From Octopus vulgaris (Eukaryota): 64,000 bases of DNA. The notes below the pieces were generated by a model. It was not told where the DNA came from. It saw only the letters and a program-made list of their open reading frames with translations, and searched no databases. Of the stretch, positions 45,020 through 56,820 are shown one piece after another. Position 1 is the first letter of the stretch, and every line of letters begins with the position of its first letter. A program made the position numbers and the translations under genes. Where the stretch lies: contig OX597840.1 of assembly GCA_951406725.2 (NCBI GenBank), positions 19,468,001-19,532,000 of the forward strand, written 5' to 3'.

Positions 45020-45458
45020 TCCGTGTGTGTTAACATCCACTTTTCTCTGACGGTCATATTTGTTTAAGGAAGGGAAGAAGTGCTCCAAGAACAATTGGTC
45101 CATTATGTCAACCAAGTGGTAACGGTGTGGTGGTGGTGGTGGTGGTGGTGGTGGTTGTGCTGGAGATGGTGGTGGTAGTGGTAGTGGTAGAGGTGGTGGT
45201 GGTGCTGGAGGTGGTGGTGGTGGTGGTGGTAGTGGTGGTGTGTGTGTGATGTTGGTGTCGTAGCATTAGTGGTGGTTTCGATGTTGGTATTAGTTTAGTG
45301 TTGTAGTGGTGATGGTAGTGTTAGTGGTAGTTGTGGTGGTGGTGGTGGTGGTGGTGGTGGTGGTGGTGGTGGTGGTGGTGGTGGTGTAGATGGAGTGAAG
45401 GCCGGTAGCTACACAGGCTCATTTGTGTATGTATATGGTATGGGTGTAAGTGTTCATT

Positions 45459-45493
<35 letters not shown>

Positions 45494-45763
45494 CCGGTCT
45501 CACCATCAATAGAGCCATTGTGCGAATGTTTGTCAAGGAAAAATAAAAAAACAAAACAAGAAAAGAAATATAAATAAAAAAAATATCTCTCTTCCGGCCT
45601 CTTTATTGCGATTTTTTCACCGCACCTAACACTACACATGACACATACCACACACACACACACACGCACACACACACACACACATACACACACACACACA
45701 CACATATATAATACAGTCATTCATACACACATTCATATGAATATACGTATATATGTCCGTATA

Positions 45764-45821
<58 letters not shown>

Positions 45822-45896
45822 AATATTTACATACATTTATACATGTACACACATATACATATACACACACATATATCCATATATATCCATATATAT

Positions 45897-45966
<70 letters not shown>

Positions 45967-45994
45967 GCCATGTCGGATCGTTAGCCCCTACACG

Positions 45995-46162
45995 CATTTT
46001 TTTCTCTCCTTGTTTTTTTCTGTGTATCTTTCTGTCGAAGAGCGTAGGCTCGAAACATAAAAGACTTTTTCTATTCCTGAGCGTTATACTAATACATTTG
46101 TTTGTTTGTACTCCACCTGCCTTCGTCTTTTGTTTATTTTTGTAAACTTGTAAACTTTCCTT
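45995..46162 (+). mobile_element. Family A mini-element, motif 46028-46063
   Basis: cttt-CTGTCGA-a-gagc gtag gctc-GAAA-CATA-aaag. Confidence 0.7.
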
Positions 46163-46188
46163 TATATATATATATATATATATATATA

Positions 46189-46674
46189 ACATACATTGGA
46201 AGATTTTGAACAGATGTAAGCCCTATACCAACGGCAGCGGAAGGTGCGGTCTATGCGACATGGAGAGATGGCTTATCTGGAAAAGCAGCTTAGACCCTAC
46301 TACATGTCTAAACACAAGGACAGAACTTTTCGGATCATGCCGACATGTGACTAAATTTCTGTTACATTTTTGGTTCCCTAAAGAAAACAGATAGAACATG
46401 CTTTCTATGTTATGTCCCAAGAAGAATTTATATATTTTTATATATATTTTATATATCTTTTATGTATTTTTATATAATTTTTATGGCGAAAAATGCGAGC
46501 GATGTATAAGTACGCAGGCAAGCAGAGTTATAACACAGTAATTTCCCTTTGTATAACGGTATTTTTTCATAGCATTTTTTCAGATGGCCAGATAACCGAA
46601 GAGATGGTGTGGATTTCCACTTCGGCATCTGAAACTCAGAGTTTTATCTTGACTATTGAGTAATGTAACATATT

Positions 46675-46678
<4 letters not shown>
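46189..46678 (+). mobile_element. 5'-truncated Penelope-like element 3' end: endonuclease C-terminus, 3'UTR and hammerhead, in (TA)n
   Basis: WKILNRCKPYTNGSGRCGLCDMERWLIW...CLNTRTELFGSCRHVTKFLL, stop at 46394; flanked by TA tracts. Confidence 0.8.
46590..46649 (+). ncRNA. Type I hammerhead-like motif in the PLE 3'UTR
   Basis: agataa-CCGAAGA-gatg...catc-t-GAAA-CTCAGAG-TT^ttatct, with a 6-bp helix I. Confidence 0.7.
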
Positions 46679-46733
<55 letters not shown>

Positions 46734-46819
46734 GGCGGATTTCTTTCAGTGTCCATTTCCCAAATCCACTCACAAGGTTTTGGTCGGCCCGGGCCTATAG
46801 TAGAAGACACTTGCCCAAG

Positions 46820-47870
46820 GTGGAGAAAGGACAACACACACACATAAGCTAGGTGCTCCCCCAAGCTTCACTGCAAAAGGCCTATACACAAGATCAGGAG
46901 AGCTACATCTTTCCCCGTCATCCATAGTGGAGGAATTTGAAGTAGCAAAATGTAATGCTGTAATTATGTACAGAGGAGTGGCTGTGTGGTAATTAGCTTG
47001 TTTACCAACCATATGGTTCCGGGTTCAGTCCCACTGCACAACACCTTGGGCAAGTGTCTTCTACTATAGCCTCGGACCGACCAAAGCCTTGTGAGTGGAT
47101 TTGGTAGACAGAAACTGAAAGAAGCCCGTCATATATATGTATATATATGTATGTGTGTGTGTTTGTGTGTCTGTGTTTGCCCCCCCCCAGCATTGCTTGA
47201 CAACCGATGCTGTTGTGTTTATGTCCCCGTTACTTAGCGGTTCGGCACAAGAGACCGATAGAATAAGTACTAGGCTTACAAAAGAATAAGTCCCGGAGTC
47301 GAGTTGCTCGATTAAAGGCGGTGCTCCAGCATGGCCGCAGTCAAAAGACCGAAACAAGTAAAAGAGAGAGACTCTAAGGACGAGCTTGTCAGGCATGCAG
47401 GTATTACCACAAGGTGTGGGCGAACGTGGGTAGCTTGCACCGCTGTCGCTCAGGCTGAAGGGATGCTGGAGCGAAGCGACATCACTTGAGCTACATGTAG
47501 GGGTCGCCAGGGTCTTGAGTTTTCCTATTTCCAACAATGGAAAAAAAGCAGACACCAGGGAGAGGCGGGTTATGACCCAGGAAGTGGTGCGGTACCAGGG
47601 AAAAGATAAAATCCTGAGTTGTGAATTTGGTTTCTCAGGGTGCATGGACTAAATGGGATCTCTCTAAGGGGAAGCTCACATGGACTGACCTGGGGAGACT
47701 GGGACCTTTTCACATTTCCTCCCTGCTGCGGGTGATGTATGACACACTCCCGACGTCAATGAACCTGCACAGATGGGGTTTGAGGGAAGACCAGCTGTGT
47801 AAACTTTGTGGAGAAAGGGGTACTCTGGTACACATCTTGGTAGGGTGCAGAATAACACTTGTCAAACATG
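46820..47870 (+). pseudogene. HERO-like (RLE-type) LINE fragment, post-RT region and CCHC zinc knuckle, interrupted by SINE1
   Basis: LGAPPSFTAKGLYTRSG.L....SSIVEEFEVAKC...[SINE]RDSKD.LVRHAG; QGAWTKW...YDTLPT.MNLHRWGLRED.LCKLCGERGTLVHILVGC. Confidence 0.75.
46972..47368 (+). mobile_element. SINE family 1, full length
   Basis: Consensus match; splits the LINE reading frame. Confidence 0.9.
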
Positions 47871-48284
47871 AGGAAAATGTACGTAGCTTTTTAGTCCAGA
47901 TAAGGACCTATACTCAATTGCACAGATGTGGCAACCACGGGCGCCTCTTAAAGCAGGTGTTCAGAGATCTTGTCAATCTACGGTGACGCATGCCTTCCTT
48001 CCATCATGGAATTTTTCATTGACTGTTTTCGCCTTTTCAGTGACGGCCAGCCATAGTATTTAACACATGCCATGTAAAACTACAACGACGAGGGTTCTAG
48101 TTGATCCGTCCAATTGAACAGCCTGCTCGTGAGATTAACTCTATCTCCACAAGGTACTGACAGCTATATAGACTGGACCCACTGATGAAAGATACTTCTA
48201 AAAGTACCTTTTTATAGGTAAATAGACCGACTGAATACAGGGGTGAACTGTGCCTCTCTCTCTCTCTCTCTACATAACTGACCC

Positions 48285-48500
48285 TCCGTTAGTTGCGACG
48301 ACGAGGGTTCCAGTTGGTGCGATCAACGGAACAGCCTGCTCGTGAATTTAACGTGCAAGTGGCTGAGTACTCCATAGACACGTGTACCCTTAACGTAGTT
48401 CTCAGGGAGGTTCAGCATGACACAGAATGTGACAAGGCTGGCCCCTTTGACTTACAGGTACAACTTATTTTTGCCAGCTGACTGGACTGGAATAACGAGG
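48285..48500 (-). mobile_element. SINE family 3 tail Y (further fragments near 38070-38175 and 48085-48140)
   Basis: cgacgacgagggttccagtt...aacggaacagcctgctcgtga...acgtgtacccttaacgtagttctc. Confidence 0.75.
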
Positions 48501-48753
48501 AATAAAGCTGACCACTTCGCCACGCGCCTTCACTCATGTAACTCGTAACGGATATGTTGAGATGTTAAAAATCAAGGAAAACATCTGCCTGAAACATGAT
48601 CTACTACCATTCACTAAACAACACATGCATTCGTCTAGTTTAACATCATTGCATACAAGCGAAGTCAGCTGATACTTATTTGATCGACTCCGAAAGAAAA
48701 AAAGGCAAAGTCGACCTCAGCGGAATTTGAACTCAGAACGTAACGCAGCTGAG

Positions 48754-49541
48754 GCAGTACCAGGCAGTGGCTTTCATGGCTTCTGATCTTAACTGATTGG
48801 AAGTGTTATCATGTACATTGTTTTGTCTTGGTATAAAAAATGGGCTACAGCAAATATTCTGCTCAATACCAAAGATTTGCCTGTCAGTTGTTTGACCTTA
48901 ACCAAATGAACATGTCCCTTAGTGGCTGGCGATATGTGCATCTCTAACCATGAGCAAGAATAGTGGGGGAACATCAATGCCCTGATGCAGTACCAGGCAG
49001 TGGCTCTCATGGCTGCTGATCTTAAGTGATTGGAAGTGTTCTCATGTACAATATTTTGTCTTGGTATAAAAGATGGGCTAAGAGCAAATATTCTGCTCAA
49101 TATCACAGATTTGCTTGTCAGTTGTTTGACTTTAATCTGTTGAGCATGTCCCTTGGTGGCTGACGATATGTGCATCTCTGATCACAAGCAGAAGTAGTGG
49201 GGGAGCATCATAGCCATGTGTTGAGATGGATTCTTTTGGGCTTGAATAATTCACATCTGGAAACATGGATGTTTTGTTCAACGTCCTCAAACAACCCTTA
49301 TTCAGGGACCTTTTGAGTGGGATGCGCTACTCAACCTGAAAAAAATTCTAACTGGGCCCCCACCTGCAAGGTCATGTGCTGTTTATCTTGATATGAGATC
49401 ACCATGTCACACACACATGGTTGTGATGCATGTGCCTGGTGTACCCTTATCAGACGGGTAGTCATGATGGGTATACTAGGCTTCGTATATTTTATCCCAG
49501 TGTCACTTTGATGGTATGCACTGCTCTCTCACTTAATAATA
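48754..49541 (+). repeat. Unclassified non-coding element ending in (TAA)n, with 233-bp internal tandem duplication
   Basis: gcagtaccaggcagtggct at 48754 and 48987. Terminus ctctctcacttaataataat; orientation inferred from that tail. Confidence 0.65.
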
Positions 49542-49599
49542 ATCCTTTTTATTACATGCACAAGGTCTGGAATTTGAGGGGAGGAGGATACTCGACCAC

Positions 49600-49942
49600 A
49601 TCGCCCCCGGTATTTGATTGGTACTTAATTTATCGACTCTTGAAGGATGACATACAAAGTCAACCGCAGCGGAATTTGAACTCAGGACGTAAAGACGGAC
49701 GAGATACCTATTTCTTTACTACCCACAAGGGGCTAAACACAGAGAGGACGAACAAGGACAGACAAACGGATTAAATCGATTATATCGACCCCAGTGCGTA
49801 ACTGGTACTTATTTAATCGACCCCGAAAGGATGAAAGGCAAAGTCGACCACGGCGGAATTTGAACTCAGAACGTAAAGACGGACGAAATACCGCTAAACA
49901 TATTTCGCCCGGCGCGCTAACGACTCTGCCAGCACGCCGCTT
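49600..49942 (-). mobile_element. SINE family 2 with partial tandem unit
   Basis: Reverse complement of the 5224 consensus. Confidence 0.8.
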
Positions 49943-49946
49943 TAGG

Positions 49947-50006
<60 letters not shown>

Positions 50007-50289
50007 TTTAACCATATTTTTAATAATAATAATAACAGATTCTAAATAAAAACAAAGACCATGTAAGGTTAGTTTATTACACGGAAAAGAAGGATGGTGC
50101 GTGTGTCTAAGTGTTTGTGTGTATGTGTGTGTATGTGTGTATTTATGTGCGTGTGAATGTCTGTCTGTGTATGTGTGAATGTTTGTGTATGCGTGTGCTG
50201 TGTTTTTTGCTTGTGTGTGTGTGTGCGTCTGAGTGAGTTTGTGTGAACGAGTGTGTGTATGTGTGTGTAAATGACTGCGCGTGCGTGTG

Positions 50290-50477
50290 TGTGTGCGTGT
50301 GTGCGAGTGCATGTGTGTGTGTGTGTGTGTGTGTGCGAGTGCATGTGTGTGTGTGTGTGCGTCTGAGTGAGTTTGTGTGAATGGGTGTGTGTGTATGTGT
50401 GTGTAAATGACTGTGCGTGCGTGTGTGTGTGCGTGTGTGCGAGTGCATGTGTGTGTGTGTGTGTGTGTGTGTGAGTG

Positions 50478-50515
<38 letters not shown>

Positions 50516-50547
50516 CTTGTGTGTGTGTGTGTGTGTGTGCGAGTGCA

Positions 50548-50581
<34 letters not shown>

Positions 50582-50583
50582 CA

Positions 50584-50617
<34 letters not shown>

Positions 50618-50649
50618 CATGTGTGTGTGTGTGTGTGTGTGCGAGTGCA

Positions 50650-50681
<32 letters not shown>

Positions 50682-50713
50682 CATGTGTGTGTGTGTGTGT
50701 GTGTGCGAGTGCA

Positions 50714-50785
<72 letters not shown>

Positions 50786-50787
50786 CA

Positions 50788-50819
<32 letters not shown>

Positions 50820-50849
50820 CATGTGTGTGTGTGTGTGTGTGCGAGTGCA

Positions 50850-50881
<32 letters not shown>

Positions 50882-50883
50882 CA

Positions 50884-50953
<70 letters not shown>

Positions 50954-50955
50954 CA

Positions 50956-51025
<70 letters not shown>

Positions 51026-51057
51026 CATGTGTGTGTGTGTGTGTGTGTGCGAGTGCA

Positions 51058-51089
<32 letters not shown>

Positions 51090-51091
51090 CA

Positions 51092-51163
<72 letters not shown>

Positions 51164-51168
51164 CATGT

Positions 51169-51195
<27 letters not shown>
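50290..51195. repeat. Compound satellite [GCGAGTGCAT(GT)n] x ~24
   Basis: Invariant 10-mer separated by variable-length GT runs, period about 28-40 bp. Confidence 0.9.
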
Positions 51196-51215
<20 letters not shown>

Positions 51216-51355
51216 AGAGTGCTTAGTAATTACTATCGTTCCAACATGAATAAATCCTTTGTTCTTGGAAATTAAAGGGAAAAATTATTGCTTGTTTCAT
51301 GGTGACAGGTCGTCACCTGCCCTAATAACAAGCCTTATTACACACGCACGCACAC

Positions 51356-51431
<76 letters not shown>

Positions 51432-51559
51432 GTGTGTGTATGTATCTATATATGTATGCATTTACTCTACCTACCCATGCATACATATAAATAAATGTGT
51501 GTGTATGTATGTGTAATATACATACACACACACACACACACACATATATACCCCCTCCC

Positions 51560-51634
<75 letters not shown>

Positions 51635-51636
<2 letters not shown>

Positions 51637-51847
51637 TCAAAATGTGAGCGCGTGTGTACCGTTGGCGATTTTTTTTCCTCTGTCTTCCCTTCTCTGGATC
51701 TTTCCTTCTCCTATGTTTCCGACGATGAGCTCCGCTCGAGACGTTAAACCCTCCTTCTTTCCTTCTTTCCTGAGCGTCCAATAATACTATACTTGTTCCA
51801 CGTCCTCGCGTTGTTGTGTTTTCTCTTTGAGTTTTCATGTTTGGATT

Positions 51848-51850
<3 letters not shown>
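51635..51850 (+). mobile_element. Family B mini-element, mutated hammerhead (51715-51749)
   Basis: gttt-CCGACGA-t-gagc tcc gctc-GAGA-CGTT-aaac; homologous to 39768-39978. Confidence 0.75.
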
Positions 51851-51882
<32 letters not shown>

Positions 51883-52509
51883 CACACACACTCACACACA
51901 CACACTCATATATATATGTTTGTTTTTGTGTTGTTCCCTTCCCCATCATCGCATGGTAACCGGGGTGAAAGACCGATAATACAGATACCAAAAACTTAAG
52001 AAAAAAAACAGTGAGTACTCGGGTTAATTTCTTCGACAAAACCCTTCAAGTTAGTGCCCCAGCATGGCCGCCGTCCAATTACCAAAACAAACGAAATAAA
52101 AAAAATAAAATAATATATATAACCATGACAGTCTCTCTGTACGAATCGAACCTGCGACCTGTAGATAATGAATATCCGCTCTGCTCTGTATCAGAACCTC
52201 CTCAGCATTGGGTGTCGACATGATCCACTTAATCTCATAAAGAAGCACCTTGGACAAGTTAGTCTAGTGCACTTGTAGGATTCTTAATCTTTAAATACCC
52301 GGGGTATGGGGTGTGGTGCTACTTGGGTATGTATGTGTGCGCGCGTGTGTGTATGTGTGTGAGTGTGTGTGTGTATATGTATATGTGCGTATGTGTGTGT
52401 GTGTGTGTGTGTATATATATGTGTGCATGTGTGTGCGTGTATGTATATGCTTGCATGTATGCATATGCACATACACACACATATGATACTCCACCTAGCT
52501 CATCCCATG

Positions 52510-52571
<62 letters not shown>

Positions 52572-52660
52572 TATGTATGCACATATACATACACATACGC
52601 GCGCGCATATATGTATATGTATGTCCATATACATACACACATATATATATATGTGTCTGT

Positions 52661-52695
<35 letters not shown>

Positions 52696-53290
52696 CGTTT
52701 GATACCTGGAGATTCAACATTATAAATAGATATACGCAATAAGTGGGGTATGTATGTGTGTGTATATATATATATATATAAACACAGACACATATATATA
52801 TATATATATATATATGAGGGGAAGAGATAAGAGATTAGGTCATTGATAGGCAGAAATGATATAACTATATATATATATGTACATATCCACCAGGTCATCA
52901 ATCATGTTATTTACCCCACAACACGACCACCACACATGCCATACACACCTCTTCCCCCTCCACCTCTTCATCCTCCACCTCCTCCTCTTATTATTATTAC
53001 AATCAGATCGGAAGTAGCTCTTATCAGGGCCGGAGAACATTCGGCCCTGTGTTCTGCGAAGCGGTGTGGTAACCAGGTCAGAGGTATGCGGCGGAATATT
53101 ATTATTATTATTAAGCATACCCCCGTTTAAAAACAAACAAACTTACGGCCAGTTCGTTGCGGAATGTCTGTTAGTAAAGTTAATTTCCACAGGGAGATGT
53201 TATGTATAAGGGTACCATTGTAGGACCAACCTTCTATTTACAATTTACAACAGTTATTAATTGTAAAACATAACTGTCATCCCTCTTATA

Positions 53291-53335
53291 TGAACCTGAA
53301 GATTGCATAGTTTAATACATGAAAGTACTAGTTCA
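53291..53335 (+). ncRNA. Minimal type I hammerhead, canonical core, ~100 bp upstream of a TA tract
   Basis: tgaac-CTGAAGA-t-tgcat agttta ataca-t-GAAA-GTAC-TA^gttca, with palindromic AGTACT. Confidence 0.75.
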
Positions 53336-53432
53336 ATAAAGATAGACATCTAATATTCCATCATTTCATTATAGTATATTATTATATGAGTGTAAATAGA
53401 ACATGAAAAATCAAAGTTGGAATTTCTTTGAG

Positions 53433-53487
<55 letters not shown>

Positions 53488-53489
<2 letters not shown>

Positions 53490-53912
53490 TGAATAAATAA
53501 ATAAATAAATAAATGGAGTTGAACGAAGATGTTAACAAAATTCCTTACTCTCGACATATGTTTCGAAGACAACATGGTTTTATTCCAAAGGAATAAATAG
53601 TGCAAGATGCAATCTTCTCACCAGGAAAGAAAGGGAGCCTCTCTCAACAACAAGACAAAACAAAATTGCGATGGCTGCCTACATGGTAAACAAAACGATA
53701 ATAAGTCGAGAGTAAAGGAATTTTGTTAACATCTTCGTTCAACTCCATTTATTTATTTATTCATATATAACACACAAATTTCTGCTCATGAACCAGAAGT
53801 TTCTACCCTTGACAGGTCGCTTCAACCGTGTTTCTGACGTGAATTTGCTACCTTGGTATCGGTTCATCGAATTTTCCATGTTGACGGTAAACATAGGATA
53901 ATTCATTCACCT
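53488..53912. mobile_element. Family E fold-back element; hammerhead 53548-53629(-) with CTGGTGA core
   Basis: Minus: ctttc-CTGGTGA-gaaga...tcttc-GAAA-CATATG-TC^gagag. Inverted arm 53705-53763 mirrors 53490-53555, then a ~150-bp tail. Confidence 0.8.
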
Positions 53913-54135
53913 ATCGATATATATATATATATATAATATATGAAATTATGTACGTACATGTATAGGGTAATCGAGCTAAATTTGAAAGTTTGCATAAAAG
54001 GAAAAGTAGACTCAATACCCCAAGGAAAAATAAAAGTATTAAAAAAATAATGTGGAATCTATCCACCCGGTTATGGCTAAGCGGTAAGAATCTACATAAA
54101 ATAGTCTTCTCAGCTTCCACCGTGTTCCTTCTGGC

Positions 54136-54471
54136 TGGTAGACGGAAACTGAAAGAAGCCTGTCATATATATATATATATATATATACCAATTAAGGACT
54201 GAACACGAAAAGTGGACAGTCAACATGCTAGATATAGACGTCAAATCGCCATTCTCCACAAAAGATTATGTTCTCAAATAAAATAAAATTCAGTTGAGAA
54301 CATAATCTTTGTGGAGAATGGCGATTTGACGTCTATATCTAGCATGTTGACTGTCCACTTTTCGTGTTCAGTCCTTAATTGATATATATAAATATTTTAA
54401 TCTTCGGATTCTTTTTTAATATGCTAGACCACTGGTTTTAATTGACTAATATCAATTTCTACCCTTAATTA

Positions 54472-54513
<42 letters not shown>

Positions 54514-54725
54514 GTGTGCATATGTACATGTCTGTGTTTGTCCCCCCACCCCATCGTTTGACAACCGATGTTGGTGTGTTTACGTCCCTGCAACTTAGCG
54601 GCTCGGCAAAAGACACCGATAGAATGAGTACTAGGCTTACAGAGAATAAGTCTTGGGGTCGATTCGTCCGACTAAAGGCGGTGCTCCAGCATGGCCGCAG
54701 TCAAAACGACTGAAACAAGCAAAAG
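54136..54725 (+). mobile_element. SINE family 1 (5'-truncated) split at its internal (TA)n by a family D element
   Basis: tggtagacggaaactgaaagaagcctgtc(TA)n ... (TA)n...tctgtgtttgtcccccc...gactgaaacaag. Confidence 0.8.
54188..54476. mobile_element. Family D fold-back element, ~89-bp arms (54189-54277/54294-54381) plus tail
   Basis: Same outer breakpoint (aattaaggactgaacacg) as the 38764 copy. Confidence 0.85.
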
Positions 54726-54766
54726 ATTTTACACACACATATATACATGTATATATATATTTTATG

Positions 54767-54812
<46 letters not shown>

Positions 54813-55515
54813 TTTTATACACACATATTCACACGTGTTTTCGTATGAATATGTGTGTGTGTGAATGTATGTATGTCTATGTGCATGCGCAGTTTCTCCT
54901 CGTTTCCCTCCCAGCCCCCCACCACCCCACCACCACCACCACCACCCCACGTGCCCATACAGGAACCTCGTGACATCCGCCTTTACACGTTAACGAGTTT
55001 GCTGGAACAAAGAACTGCATTTAGGGGATTCTTTCTGCCTTCACCTCCTCCGCCCCCTTTTCCCCTTTCTTTCCGCCTCCTCCCCCCCACCCCCACCCCC
55101 ACACATACACACTCCCTGCTTCTCGATCTTTGGACCCCCACCCCACACCACCACCACCATACCCGTCACCCGCCCAACTCCTTGCTCCAACGTTTCTTTT
55201 ATAAACGTTTACCCCCCTCCCCTACAACTCTTACCCCCAACTTCACCACCACCACCACCACCACCATCATCATCGCAGGTACCACCTTTCTGCCTAAAAG
55301 TACCTCTTTACAGACGTGCGTAGCTGCACGGTTAAGAGGTTCGCCTTGCAACCACATAGGTCCTGATTCAAACCCACCGCGCTGTCGTACCTGGGACAGG
55401 TGATTGTTTTTTTTTTTTGTTTTTTGTTTTTCTACCAAATTTGGTGTTCGACCGGTGCCATTTGAGGAGAGGTTGACAGGCGGAATATGAGTTGGGAAGC
55501 ATCGCGTATCGTATA

Positions 55516-55729
55516 CTCTTTTACTCTTTTACTCTTTTACTTGTTTCAGTCATTTGACTGCGGCCATGCTGGAGCACCGCCTTTAATCGAGCAAATCGAC
55601 CCCGGGACTTATTCTTTTGTAAGCCCAGTACTTATTCTATCGGTCTCTTTTTGCCGAACCGCTAAGTGACGGGACGTAAACACACCATCATCGGCTGTGC
55701 TAGGGGGACAAACACAGACACACAAACAT

Positions 55730-55812
<83 letters not shown>

Positions 55813-55972
55813 TAAGACAGGCTTCTTTCAGTTTCCGTCTACCAAATCCACTCACAAGGCATTGGTCGGTCTGAGGCTATAGTAGAAGACACTTGCCCAA
55901 GGTACCACGCAGTGGGACTGAACCCGGGACCATGTGGTTGGTAAGCAAGCTACTGACCACACAGCCACTCCT
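55516..55972 (-). mobile_element. SINE family 1
   Basis: Consensus match. Confidence 0.9.
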
Positions 55973-56263
55973 ATATATGTATGTATGTATGTATGTATAT
56001 GGTGTGTGTGAATATATATTTGTGTGTGTATATATGTTTATGTGCGCGCGGCGTATAGCCTTGGGTGACCAAATCCTTGTGAGTGGATTTGGCATACGGA
56101 AACTGAAAGAAGCATGTCGTGTATATATATACATATATATATATATTGGCCTGCTCGCTTAGCCAGCGAAGTGGTGTCATTTGAAGGCTAAAACTATGTG
56201 AAGCGCATTGTGACCAGCGATGTGTAGCAACATCTGATAGCCTGGTCGGTCATGGTGATCACG

Positions 56264-56296
<33 letters not shown>

Positions 56297-56299
<3 letters not shown>

Positions 56300-56820
56300 C
56301 TATATTAAATCTCGTGGGTCATCCCGAGTCGTGCAAAAGCCCACTACGGGGGATCGGGAACGGTCGGGGCTCCCTTCGGGTACGAGCCAACCAACTTGAC
56401 AGCGGCACATAACTTGTTGCCGTGGGTCCGCACCAGAGTCGAACCCGGGACAGTACCGCTACCTGGTGGCTCCGGTGGCACCGCCCCACCCAAATATACC
56501 TGGCGTTTAGGTACGGCCCGTGATCCTCGCCTCTGCCACCCCAGAGTAGCGCGATGACGTTTCCTCTAGACGAGTGGTTCGTCCGCAAAAGTCGGAGGTC
56601 CCGCAAGTGTACGTAGACCCTCACCTACTTTGGATGGCAGGTGTTAATGTGCAGTCATGTGTCGAAAACCCGGTTCTAGCACGACCTAAAAGGTCCCTTC
56701 CTTCCTATTGCACCAACTATAGCATCATCCGAGGAGGTTAGATGGATCCGGTATGTGTGCAGCCGCCGGTGCGTGGTGGCACCAACCGCCCAAAAACACT
56801 GGACGTTTAGGGGCCCAATT
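56297..56820 (-). other. GC/CpG-rich non-coding segment between the PLE stop codon and a TA tract (putative 3'UTR)
   Basis: Abrupt GC increase relative to the adjacent ORF; position directly downstream of stop 56821(-). Confidence 0.4.

Noticed and set aside
50290-51195. CRISPR-like repeat-spacer appearance
   Set aside because: The repeat is only 10 bp, spacers are pure GT, the context is eukaryotic and there are no cas genes.
43430-51249. Long ORFs (e.g. 450 aa at 43430-44782, 403 aa at 49917-51128) and the many YI/CV/HT/poly-T/V/P ORFs
   Set aside because: They are translations of stop-free microsatellites, with no domain content or splice support.
53003-53090. Possible host exon or miRNA hairpin (cagggccg/cggccctg)
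   Set aside because: The stem is only 8-10 bp, the peptide is unrecognisable and no partner exons were found.
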